Notes under the pieces: model-generated | What the model was told of the DNA's origin: nothing | Databases searched by the model: none | What the model saw: only the letters and a program-made list of their open reading frames with translations | DNA from: a virus | Strand: one strand, 5' to 3' | Virus record (IMG/VR): IMGVR_UViG_3300045988_083604 | Location: 35,147 to 99,146 of that record | Length of the DNA stretch: 64,000 nucleotides | Made by a program: the position numbers and the translations under genes | Shown: positions 52,191-63,475 of the stretch, piece by piece | Position numbering within the stretch: position 1 is the stretch's first letter | How the letters are laid out: every line of letters starts with the position of its first letter

Positions 52191-54311
52191 TTAAATTAAA
52201 ATTTAAATTGCTGCTCAATGTGCGAAATTTCTCGCAAAATTGGCACGTTTGCGTAATGTTGAGCTATATTTTCCTTTGGGTGCGCTCAACACCTATCTAG
52301 CAAACTCCTAGACACCCATGTTATGCTCATTAGCGGCTTCGGTAAATTTACCTCTATTTGCCTTCTTTATATGTATATCTTTTCCAGAGTTGTGATAAAT
52401 TTCTGATTTTAAGCCAATTCCCATTTTATCCCTAAATTGATAATCTATTGTTGGGGCCATATCGTAAAGAATATTTTCAAATGTATTTTCAGTAATTCTC
52501 GGTCTAACATCACCGTTAGTATAATTGTTTAAAATATCCTAACGTTTTATTTTTTTAACGTCGTCTGTATATCGCATTACAGCGGATTTATATTCCGGTT
52601 GTAATACATAATCCATAAAATGATAATCTTTTTTCGAAGGTCTTTTATATAATTTATCAAATTCTTCTTGCAACCATTTTTCATATAAATTAAGATCAGT
52701 GTTGTCTACACCTGTTTTATATTTATAATCAGACTCAACGTCTTTCTATATCTATCTGTATTTTGAATTTTTGGAATTTCTACCTGAAATAGTTTTAATA
52801 TCTTTATTAGGAACTTCAATAACATCTCCGTATGTAAAAGTATCTTGAGGGCGTGTTGAAATAACATTTTTTCCAAGAAGTGTTTTCCCAGGTATTATAT
52901 GAATGTCAGAACCTGTCCAATCTCCGCCATTGTTTGGTATCACCGGATGATCTGTAGTCATGTTTGTAATTGGTTCAGATTTTCGCATATCTTTAAACAT
53001 AAAACGATTGACTATTGGAGTTATAACTCTGTTTTTGGAAAATGTAGATGATTTTCCAAGAGGTTCAAATGTTCTTCTTATCAGGTCTGGAAAACGGGCG
53101 TCTAGTCCATATAATAATTTTCCAATTGGGTATCTTATATACTATCCTACTGGAGATTTTATTGTAGAAGCTTTTTCAGCAAGTTTTCTAATCCCTGTAT
53201 TTATACCAGATTTAACCACTGATGGGACATTCTACATATGTTGACTATTACCAACACCGTGTAAAACAAGCATATCAAATATACCATCAAGGTTTGGGTT
53301 ACCTATTAAACCAGGATTATCATCACTCCACGGTAACTAAAATGTATATCCAGGTAGTAAAGTTTTAGCAGAACCTAGGTATCTAGATGGAGCTGTGTAT
53401 TGATAAATTTTACCTAGCGCATTCTATACTGGCATTTTTGCACCTTGTTCACCATATTGTCCTGTAGCCCCTTGATATGCCGTGTCAAGTAATGCTGGTG
53501 CTGAATTAAACACTAAGTCATTGAACATTTCAAATGGAGCATTTGGGTCATATGCACTACCATGTGTAGCAGCTATGTACTACTGTGTATCAGCATAATT
53601 ACCTTTTGGAGTTATCACAGCTCCGTCTTTTGCTTCCGGATACTCCCATATTGTATTAGGATTCGCAAGTTGTTCTGGTGTACCATAATATAAATATGGT
53701 TTATTATCAGTACCCATATCAAAACAGTCTTTACCTCTTTTATATTTTTTAGGTTTTACGATAACTTGAGGTAACTACCCTTCATATCTAGTACCATCGT
53801 CCATCCATAGCGGTTTGTTATCAAACGTTCTAAGCTATATACCATTATCTTCACCATCTATTATATAATTAATACGATCATCCATTGATATAGGTGTTTC
53901 TTTAGGAGAAGTATACTTATGATCATTTACCCAATGGCCACCTTTCAATCCTTTCGGATTAAATTTTGGATCTATTTTACCAGAGTATATAGAAAGATCA
54001 CTAAATGTAGGATGATATACTGTTTTATAAGTATCATCAAAATGTGCTCTAGGATCGTCATTTAGAAAACGATACGCATTCTCTGGATTAGAATTATACC
54101 ACCCTTCATAATCAAAAGTGTTATCTTCGTCAATTTTTAAATTTTTATATTTGGCTGCTTTTGTTTTCCAATCCTAATAAGACATATCCTTGCCGTCATC
54201 AAAAGACTATAATATTCGTTTACCTTTTCTACGTAACCCTCTTATTGTTTTCTTGCGCATATAGTCTTTCTTTTTCTACCATATTCTCTTAGGCTTCTGT
54301 ATAGTCATCAT
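52191..54311 (-). CDS. large hypothetical structural protein (~706 aa)
   Basis: Recoded frame MMTIQKPKRIW(Q)KKKDYMRKKTIRGLRRKG.. to TAA at 52191; contains ORF 52752..53000. Confidence 0.5.
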
Positions 54312-55089
54312 ATCCATAATCTTTTAAAGTTGTCATCTATAAAGGCATCTATCCATTAACCATAGCGTTATATGCCGTCATAATATCTGGCAAATTAGAT
54401 TTATACTGTGTAACTTCACTCTCTTCTGGTTGTGATGTTACGTATGCATGAGGTATTTTATCTGGGATAATCTGAGGTTTTTGAACATTTGTATTGTCTG
54501 CAGGTACAATTTGCTTCTAACTCTATTCTACTTGTGGACCAAAATCAGATAATTTCATAAGAGGATCTTTATAGAACATCTGTTGATTCTTTATCTCATC
54601 ATTGATCCACTTATCAGCCTGTTTCATCTAACCTAACATACTTGTATAATGTTCTGGAGAATCACTATAATATCCGTGCTTACCTAATGTACGAGCATAG
54701 TTTGAAGTATTAGCTATACCTAACGCACCCATTTTATTTATAAGATTTACATATGCTTTATAGAAAGCCTCATTGTCTGCAAATGTAGTATATGTTTTAC
54801 CATTATAACCATAACCACCATAATTATGTTGTTTTAAAGCTATATTAGATCTTCCATAGTTAGACTCATATGCTAACTAACGAACCATATTATCCAATGC
54901 AGCTAAAGGTAAATTATGTGCTTTCAAATACCTATATAAACCTCTACGATGCGTTTTTACGAACTCTTGATACGGATTCTTACCTCTTTTAAAATCTGGA
55001 AGGGGGTTCCCAATCATATCCCAATAAGACTCACCAGTTTGTTTCTACCTGGTGAGCAATTCTGAAGGTTTATTATAATTATGTATCAT
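54289..55089 (-). CDS. possible glucosaminidase/transglycosylase-like peptidoglycan hydrolase (~266 aa)
   Basis: Recoded MIHNYNKPSELLTR(Q)KQTGESYWDMIGNPLPDF..LPLAALDNMVR(Q)LAYESNYGRSNIALKQHNYGGYGYNGKTYTTFADNEAFYKAYVNLI; resembles the ES(x)GxS..NxFG layout of GH73-type enzymes. Confidence 0.45.
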
Positions 55090-55091
55090 AA

Positions 55092-57572
55092 TTATTTTTC
55101 TCCTGTTACTTTATTCTTTAATGCTGTTCTTGCTTTCAATTGCTCACGCTCCATTGCAGCATCATCTTTCTGTTTTTGCAACTTTGATTCGTGCGACATT
55201 TGTTCTTTAGCAAGTTTTATCTTCTAATCCTCTATCTCACGTTTCTGTTTAATCTCGTAATCTTTTGTATATTGATCAGCACGAATCTTCATCTCGGTTG
55301 TCGCATTTTTTGCGATTTCCATAGGATCTGGAATACCGTTCATATTAGCATCCTTATCTTCTGTACCACGATATGCACTAATTTCAGCTACTGCAATTTT
55401 GGTAGCGTTATCTTGATCAATCTGATAACGTGTAAGATCCATCTGAGCTTCTTGAAGCATGAGTTCTTGCTCTTTAGCTTGATTCTGCATTTCTTGAATC
55501 TTCTGTTCTTGTTCTGCCTGAGCTTGCTGTTGTTGCTGTGCTTGTTGTTCTTGACGAGTCTACATATCTTTGAGCTTCTGTTTAATGATATTAAAGTTAT
55601 CATTTGTAAGAATCTCTGCTGCTTCTAACAATGATGCACCATTTTGCATAGCTGGTTGTATAAGTTGTTGTAACTTCTATATATTTTCAAGATCTTTAGA
55701 TGTGTCTGATACAAATACATCCATATCTTCATAATAGAACTTCTGTGTCACATCCAGAAAAGCTCTTTCACCATTATCAAATATATATTGTAATTTGTCT
55801 TTACCTGTAGCTTGCCATGCACCTTTTGCTGTATTTAACAACATATTCAACACATGCCTTTTAACCTAAGCATGTACCCAGAATAAAGGTTCTGTAATAT
55901 GTGAAGATTGTGTAACACTACGTTCTACATTACCTACAAGTTCGGATGTGCTTATCGCACCCTAACGCTGTTCCGTAATACCTGATATAGTTCCAGCAAG
56001 TTGTTCTATCTTATCCATAAGCTGTATATATTCAGCTATTACATTTGACATTGTAAGATCAAGAGCTGTTATCTGATTAAACTGTGCAGGTTTACCACCT
56101 TCACGACCTGGGACATTCCATTGAGTATCATATGGATTTATAAAATTAACACCGACACTTGATAAATAATGCATCCATTTATCTACGGTAATACCCATAG
56201 ATTTCGGTATCTATGTAACATCCATATTTACAACCTTACCTTTATCCCTAGCTATTGCAAGTTCCAATCTATACCATAACACAATATACATGTATTGTAA
56301 TGGCTTAAGAATACTTACAAGAGACCTTGGTCTACTATTTGTATTACTATATATAGCACCACAATAAGGTAATTTCTAACTATTAGGATTATCAATACTT
56401 ACATGTTGGTACTCAATAGGTTGTATACCAAAATATAAATCATTACTACATCTATAACCCTCCCAAACTTCGATAACCCAGTCTGGTTCTATGGATATTT
56501 CGTTTCCTGTAGGTTGATAAGTTTCATCAACAATATCTACCTACATCTAACCCTATTCGTCTTGCGTTGTCACATAGTTTATCTTCTTAAAAGATTTCCA
56601 ACAACAATGCCATACGTTTACATTATGATTACCTTTTTCATCATATATAGGGTTATCATAAAAATGTAACTAAATACCTCTAAAATCATCACGAATACCA
56701 TGTTCTCCTAAATTATTTGCAGGTACAGCATTTATTAATTCTTCAAGCTTAATAAGATCTTTTTCTGTAAGTTTATCATAATATCTATCATAAACTTCTG
56801 TGATAGGCAAACGCATTCTTCTACAACACCATGCCCCATCTTCTATAAATTCCAAATCAGGACTTTTATCGTAAGAAAAATACATAGGGTTCACCCTTTC
56901 CATATAAGGCTCTGCATTTAAAACACCTACATAATATACTTCCTAGCCGCTAATGAGTGCATCTTTCCAGCCTTTGATAAACTCGTTATCGATGCCTAAT
57001 TTTTCACGCAAATATGTAAGAGTATGATATGCAGTGTTTTCTACAACATCCTTATAATCTTTGTCCATGTATTTAGCAATCTATTCAGGAGGCATTACTT
57101 CTCCATTCTATAACTATTCCTAAAACTATTGCTGTTCTTCAGGACCCATTTGTGCCATTACTGCAGCTTGCATGTATTGCATTAATAGCTGTTTCTAAGT
57201 TTCCATTAATTCAGAAGTAGCTTCTTGCGATGTGCGAACTACTCTAAAATTCAACGGTCTCTTAGTTTCTTCTCCGATAAGAAGATCTATTTTAGGTCTA
57301 ATGATATTAAAATCCTAAGGTGTTGCAGGAAAACCTTCTTCAACCTTAAACGGATTGGTTATTTTTTTAAAATCTTTCTCATCGAAGATACTGTTATACA
57401 GATTATAATAAGTCTGCATCTCTCCATGTGCAGTATGCGTCTATCCCCCTGAAACGATATTGCCTTCGCCAATAATATAATTTACGCAATCGTGCTGCCA
57501 TTTCTCATTTTTCTTCGATAGCGGTAATTTCTGCTAAGGGAATCTCGAATTATATAAATTATCTTCTACCAT
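55092..57572 (-). CDS. portal protein (~826 aa)
   Basis: Recoded frame starting MVEDNLYNSRFP(Q)QKLPLSKKNEKWQHDCVNYIIGEGNI..; ORFs 56670,55962,55224 same frame; directly downstream of TerL; size and C-terminal Gln/Lys-rich coiled coil fit crAss portal. Confidence 0.75.
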
Positions 57573-57575
57573 TTG

Positions 57576-60500
57576 TTAAAAATTCAATATTGACGAATCT
57601 TCTTCATAAGGACCGTCGTCCCACCATTGACTACTAAACAATGGTTTCTCAAAGAGTTCGACTTGTTTATTCTGTTCTTTTGCACTAGATACTTTTACTT
57701 GATATAATTCTTCTCTATAAATCATAACCATGCATAGTGCTATAACACGGTCTACATTACGAACCTAATCGTTCATTATTAATTCTTCTATTAAAGGTTC
57801 GCTAAATATTCTTTCTATATTTGGATGTCCTGGTTCATATTCTTCCATCATCCATTCTAATATTAAACCTTCGCCATATGCTCGTATTTGTTTCGTCATA
57901 TGACAACCTTTTCTACGCTATACTGTAGAATTTTTAAATAACTCACTAATTACTTTATCAGGCTAATCAGCTAACAAGTAATCACAATGTTTATTTGTAA
58001 AATATGGGTATATACCTTTACGTTCGTTCTCAAACAATAACCTAGCATTATAAAACAATAACAACTTACGAACGTTTTCATAATACTCTTCTGCTGTATC
58101 TGGTCTACCAGAATATTCCGCTACTATTACATCTGTCCAAGCTTCTCCTGCTTGTACACGTTTAAATATAAATGTAGAACCTAATGAATTTGTAAAAGAT
58201 TCATCGTGGTCATCAATTTGTTATCGTCAAGCTTTTTATCTTAACTTCTACATGTCCCCATGTAGTTCAGCATATATCATCACCAAAATGGTGTCGAGCA
58301 CTCGTGGAAGAATTATATTTATTCATCTCCTATGCGTTACACTGTCTTACAACCTTTCGCAATTTGTAAGATTAGCACGGTGTTTTCTGGTCTAGATTTT
58401 CACCGTTTTTGCTCGATTATACCCCGCTGATATGTTAACGGGTCGCAATTGTGTGTTAAAATGTTTCTGCACATAAATGTATGTGTTTCACATTCAAAGT
58501 TATACACAATTCCTGTATATGACGAATTATTTACATTCTAAATCTTTAACAATATTTTATCATCTGTGAATTTAATATCCATTCTACTATATAATGTATA
58601 TGTCGCAGTACTTAATAATTTAATTTTTCTACTATTGAATACTGGAAACAGTGCTAAAGATTTCTAATCAGATCTACTTATATTTATTCTATATGATTGT
58701 AACAAACGAATACCTTGTTTATTTGTAGTTTCTTTTTGATGTATTACAATACTGTTTGCAATACCCATTCCAAAAAGCATGTCTTGAATATCTTCTAAAA
58801 GTTCTAAGTTTACACTTGTGAAATTCGTTCTAACTTTTCCATTATCTAAAAATACAGAACCGTCAGAATCGAGATACCCTTGTAAGAAATGCAATTTGTA
58901 ATTGTATGGTAGTTTTTTTATACATTCTGGAATTCTCTTATTGTATGCATTTGTTCCAAATAAAGATTTGAGTTTCTAGAATAATTGTTTATCAGTAAAT
59001 CTTCGAGTCTCTTCTTTATCTTTATGTACATGTATACATTTTCTATCGAACAATTCCGCAACAATTTGATCGTAAAACTATGCAAGATCTTTTTCGTTCT
59101 TTCCAATGGATAAGTATATATCATGAGAATTTCCATTTTTATTACAAAATCCATCTCCTAACCACAAACCATAAAAATAATACAATTTTGCAAGACGATC
59201 GTCGTCTTCAATACAATCTATTTTATACGTATTTGGTATTTCCAACCAATCCCCCTACTTTACATTTTTGGCTTTTACAAAGCCTTTATTATGTATCCAT
59301 ATAGGATGTTCTCCGGTAAACGTTGTAGTTCTAAATGAACCATACGGTTTTAATGTGAAAATAGGTTCGTTTACTTTGTCATATCTCTAAAGATTTTTTA
59401 TTTCTACAAATTTTCCATCTTTATTTATAAGTTGGTCGTCTAAAGTAACATCTTCGACATTTACCAATCCACGTTGTGTGCAAACCTTTTCTCCTGGCGT
59501 CAAGCATCCTCCTATATATAATCCAAACGGAGGATCCTTTACTGGGTACTCCCATATCACAACTGATCCTGCAGGTTTCTAATCTTTCTTTAGCGGATAA
59601 TTAGTAATATCTCCAGTTTTCTTTTCTATTGCTATAACTCCACCATCACCATCCCATTGCAAATCAACTATATGTTTCATACTCTATAATTTCTTATTCG
59701 TACGAATTCTTGTAAGCTGATCCATTAAAAGTTTACGTGGGAATATATTTTTACCTAATTCGAGTACAGCTTCTTGTGGTTTTATTGGACGTTCTGATAT
59801 AAATCTATCTATAGATTGCTAACTGGCACCACCGTCTTTGATAATATTACGTTGTTTTATAAGTTCTTCTATAGTTTTTTCACGAAGACTATTTCCATCT
59901 TCATCCATATAGATATATTTACCATCATCGTCAAACGATTCAAGATTACTCCATGCAGGTACGAAAAAACCACATTCTGTTTGTTCTGCATTATCGTCCC
60001 ATATATTTGGAAATGATAAAACGTTATAAGCTTTTGGTTTATAAAACAATGCTTTCAAACCATCGAAAGACGAATTATGTGTTATTATACCGTTTGCTGT
60101 ATATGTATGGGTATCGTCCGCTGTAAGATTGTATACAATCTATTCTCCAACACTTTCTACAGATTGAATTGTTTCATATCCGAATTCATTCTTATACCAA
60201 CGTTTTTTATTTTTGCATATTTCCAAAATAGCTTTTAAAGCTAGAGACTTGTGCTAAACTTTTAGAGATATATTATTACACAAATTAATAAGACTGTTTC
60301 TATCAGTTATTTCAACATTATAATACGGATTAACATCTCGTATTTTTCTATTACGATTTCTTTGTAGTTTTTTCTAAATAGCCGAATTTACTCCGATTTT
60401 CTAAAGTAAGTCTCTTACATCTTTAGCTAAGTTTAAACTAACTGTTGTAAATACGGCTGTAGTAGACGGTAGTCTATTACCGTAAGAATTGCCAACTCTA

Positions 60501-62005
60501 ATACAACCGTCAGTATCAAATAACCCAGCTAAAACTTCACAACAATCTTGTTTCGTACAAGAAAAGACACAATCTGGCAATCTTTTGTTTATACCGGTTT
60601 GACCTTGAATACCAATCTATTTTAACTACCCTATCACTCCTCTGATTCTTATACTTCTAAATATCCTACCATCTTTGGTGAGTTTTGGGTTTTGTGAATC
60701 AACACAATCATATTTAGATGTAACATAAGATAATATTTCCTCATCAGCATTAAACAAAATCGGCGAAGTTCCTCCATATGTCCCGTCTCCAATTAATAAA
60801 CCAACGAGATACGGATCGAATAATTTCTACTGTCCGAAAACTGACAAATCCTACGATATAGCAACAAGATCTCCGGGTTTTAAATCTTCCGCATTTATCC
60901 ATTCCCATACTCTACATTCATTATAATCATAGTGATTACTTGCAAATATTGGATGATCTGTACTGCATGATAAATCTCTATACTGTTTTGTAGAAATTTT
61001 TACACATTCTTTTTTAACAGGCGTATTTATATGAGAAATAGTATTGATTATAGACTTCTGTGTTTTTGTGTCATAACCGAGAATTCCATCACTGATAGTT
61101 ATATCTTCTATGTTTTTTCTAATACCGTTCGCCGTATAAACTTTATTTCCCGCAGTTAGACACCCTTCTGTTCCACCTGTTCCAAACGATATCATCAATC
61201 CAAATGCTACACCATCGTCAGTTTCAACAGCTGGTTGTTCAACACGCCAAGCATCTAATAAATTTGGGAATTTACCACTCTCTTCCCATAATACTAATCT
61301 ACCACGAGTACCACGAATACGCTCAGGATCATTTTTCAATGTAATACCTGTAATACTTGATAAATAACCCTATTCTGTCTATTTACCAAATTCGTCTGTA
61401 ACTTTATAACCAGATACTCGTTCCATTCTTGTAGATGTTAAACGTTGCTTTGCCCATGCTGTATTTTTATCTATGAAATCCATAATCTACCATGCCTTTG
61501 TTAATAGACCGTCACCGACTAAGAATTTCTGTTCTGATGCAACTGCAAAATTTTTAGAACCAGGTATAAGTTCGTAATTACGAACTAACATTGAAGCACC
61601 TTTAAAGCTATATCCACGTTGTCTGCATTTTAACACCGCCATGTGTTTACCAATTGTTTCTGCTTCTTCTACAGCATTAAAGTAATAATAATCATAATCC
61701 CAAAATTTAGGGAAATCAAATATACGCTCTCTTCTTTTTCTTGTATCACCATTTCTATCAACATATTCTGTTTCTATCAATCGCATAATTGGACAATAAT
61801 TTAAATAAAAATAATGATAACCTGTAATCTAATCTCCGTCTGGAGCAGTATATCCATTTAAACATCTATCTGTTTCTCGCTCCCAATATTTAACATAATC
61901 TGTAGTACCTCTGGGAGCTAAGGTATAACATTTATGCACTTTAAAGAATTCTGCAGCTTCGCAGAATTTCTTCGTGTTCTTAATATGCTAATTAAAATCT
62001 ACCAT
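57576..62005 (-). CDS. terL: terminase large subunit, interrupted by two inteins and one group I intron
   Basis: Exteins: ..CLNGYTAPDGD(Q)ITGYHYFYLNYCPIMRLIETEYVD..LKCRQRGYSFKGASM..RIRGTRGRLVLWEESGKFPNLLDAWRVEQPAVETDDGVAFGLMISFGTGGTEG / SSFDGLKALFYKPKAYNVLSFPNIWDD..PPFGLYIGG / CDP|YDHDESFTNSLGSTFIFKR..; TAA at 57576. Confidence 0.9.
58214..58437 (-). mobile_element. small ORF-less group I intron (224 nt) in TerL
   Basis: P1: exon GACCCGU| pairs with IGS GCGGG (U.G at splice site); core AACGCATAGGAG..GATGATATATGCTGAA (P7) with CTACATG-GGGA-CATGTAG hairpin; ends in G; removal converts frame 2 to frame 0 and gives CDP|YDHDES. Confidence 0.85.
58448..59506 (-). mobile_element. intein 2 (353 aa) with LAGLIDADG endonuclease in TerL
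   Basis: LYIGG|CLTPGEKVCTQRGLVNVEDVTLDDQLINKDGKFVEI.. FYGLWLGDGFCNK .. LQGYLDSDGSVF .. VYNFECETHTFMCRNILTHN|CDP. Confidence 0.9.
60074..61162 (-). mobile_element. intein 1 (363 aa) with LAGLIDADG endonuclease in TerL
   Basis: GTGGTEG|CLTAGNKVYTANGIRKNIEDITISDGILGYD..LSCSTDHPIFA.. LVGLLIGDGTYGG .. LAGLFDTDGCIRVG .. ITHN|SSFDG. Confidence 0.9.
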
Positions 62006-62007
62006 GT

Positions 62008-62565
62008 TTATCTAGGACTTTCATAAAGACCTATAATACCACCACCTTTTACACGACCAGTTTCAGCTTGTTCAGCCTTCGCTTGTTTCATAGCGAGATC
62101 TAAAGATTTAATAATACCGCTTATGTCTTTTAACAGTTTCGATACTTTAGTAGCAGTGTCTATATCAAGGTCTTCTTGTGAATAATCGTTCATTACATTC
62201 ATTATCGCCTCAGCAGCGTGTTTTGAAGATGTTAATAATCGTGTCATTGGGGTTTCTTGAAACTCATTGAAACGTTTAGCTAATTCTTTAATCTCCGCTG
62301 TTGGTTCATAATGTTCATCTTTAAAAACATCTTTTGCAACTCTCCAAGTTCTTTCTTTTTCTGGATAAGCCTCATAAGGTGTATTCCATTTATAACGCCA
62401 TATTATAAATTCTATTTCTTTTAAAGCTTGTGCTTTATCTTTAGCCTTATTATAGTAATCTTTAAATGGAGGTATTGCAAGTTCGTCTGTTTTTAATATA
62501 ATTTTATTTCCTTGTATATCAAACATATTTGTATATATGTATAAACACGATAAGGGGGTACCCAA
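62008..62565 (-). CDS. terminase small subunit candidate
   Basis: 185-aa ORF immediately upstream of TerL, stop TAA at 62008 next to TerL ATG. Confidence 0.5.
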   Translation of the reverse strand: MGTPLSCLYIYTNMFDIQGNKIILKTDELAIPPFKDYYNKAKDKAQALKEIEFIIWRYKWNTPYEAYPEKERTWRVAKDVFKDEHYEPTAEIKELAKRFNEFQETPMTRLLTSSKHAAEAIMNVMNDYSQEDLDIDTATKVSKLLKDISGIIKSLDLAMKQAKAEQAETGRVKGGGIIGLYESPR

Positions 62566-62587
62566 GTGGATACTCCCTTATCAATGC
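62549..62587 (-). terminator. long hairpin between dUTPase and packaging genes
   Basis: Minus strand GATAAGGGAGTATCC-ACTT-GGGTACCCCCTTATC. Confidence 0.6.
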
Positions 62588-62601
62588 AGTTGTATAATTA
62601 A

Positions 62602-63135
62602 TTACGCATCCGCCTCAGCTACAGACTACTCTGTAACCGCCGCTTGAGTCTTTACTTCGTCGTCACGAGTAGGTTGCTCTGCGCTAATATTGTCATTTTT
62701 TGTACCTGTGGAACCATAACCTTTATCACCACGTTCTGTCTCACTCAACTCGGATGCTTCTACTACTGTAACCTCTGGAATTGGGACAATTACCAATTGG
62801 CAAAATCTCTCACCTTCTTGGTATACTGCAGGAATAACATCAGTAGTATTTCTAAATATAGCCTTGATTTCACCACGGTAACCGCTGTCAATAACACCTG
62901 CACAGTTAGATAATATCAAAGATGTTTTAAACACACTACTACGTGGGAATATAAGACCTACATAACCTTCTGGAATCTCTACAGCAAGTCCTGTATGATA
63001 CTCCAAAAGAAGTTGATTACAACTATTACGTACAGGTATAATTTCTGTACATGTTAAATCTAAACCGGCATCACCTTTGTGAGCTCTGATCGGCATAATA
63101 GCCTTATCATTTAATCTTTTAAATTTCAGTTCCAT
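62602..63135 (-). CDS. dut: deoxyuridine 5'-triphosphate nucleotidohydrolase
   Basis: MELKFKRLNDKAIMPIRAHKGDAGLDLTC..GLAVEIPEGYVGLIFPRSSV..LSNCAGVIDSGYRGEIKAIFRN..ERFCQLVIVPI..RGDKGYGSTG; single TAG before the TAA end. Confidence 0.95.
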
Positions 63136-63161
63136 ATATACTTTTTATTATTCTTAATTAG

Positions 63162-63422
63162 TAGCCCCACCAGGATTCGAACCCGGACTAAAAGGGTTCT
63201 TCCAACATCATATCGCTATGACCATTTCTGTTGTTGGCTGGACTTTGTCTTTACCATGCTTTCGTTTAGGTATCCCGTATAAAGTCTCTACACTCGGTAT
63301 TTAAACCTAGCTCGGCGTTATCTACATGAGACGTTCACCGAATTAGCGGGATGTTCATCTGAATGTTTCCAAACAGAGCTCCACCAAAGAGCCTTCTGTG
63401 CTAGCCGTTACACCATAGGGCA
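63162..63422 (-). tRNA. amber suppressor tRNA (anticodon CUA), split by group I intron
   Basis: Exons 63422..63388 (TGCCCTATGGTGTAACGGCTAGCACAGAAGGCTCT) and 63198..63162 (AACCCTTTTAGTCCGGGTTCGAATCCTGGTGGGGCTA) assemble into a 72-nt cloverleaf: D stem GTGT/GCAC, anticodon stem GAAGG/CCTTT, loop CUCUAAC, T stem CCGGG/CCTGG. Confidence 0.88.
63199..63387 (-). mobile_element. 189-nt group I intron inserted inside the tRNA anticodon (CU|A)
   Basis: P1 GGCUCU|UUGGU/GGAGCU with U.G at 5' splice site; AACGCCGAGCTAGG..GTGTAGAGACTTTATACGGG..ACCTAAACG..AAAGACAAAGTCCAG (P7 GACTTT/AAAGTC); ends in G. Confidence 0.88.
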
Positions 63423-63475
63423 AAATGAGGCATTTTAACGTCGGAGCCTCTCGACGTGTAAAATTTAATCGAAAT

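Noticed and set aside
55191-55628. 145-aa plus-strand hydrophobic ORF
   Set aside because: Antisense to the coiled-coil C terminus of portal; Leu/Phe-rich composition is an artefact of the antisense of Lys/Gln/Glu codons
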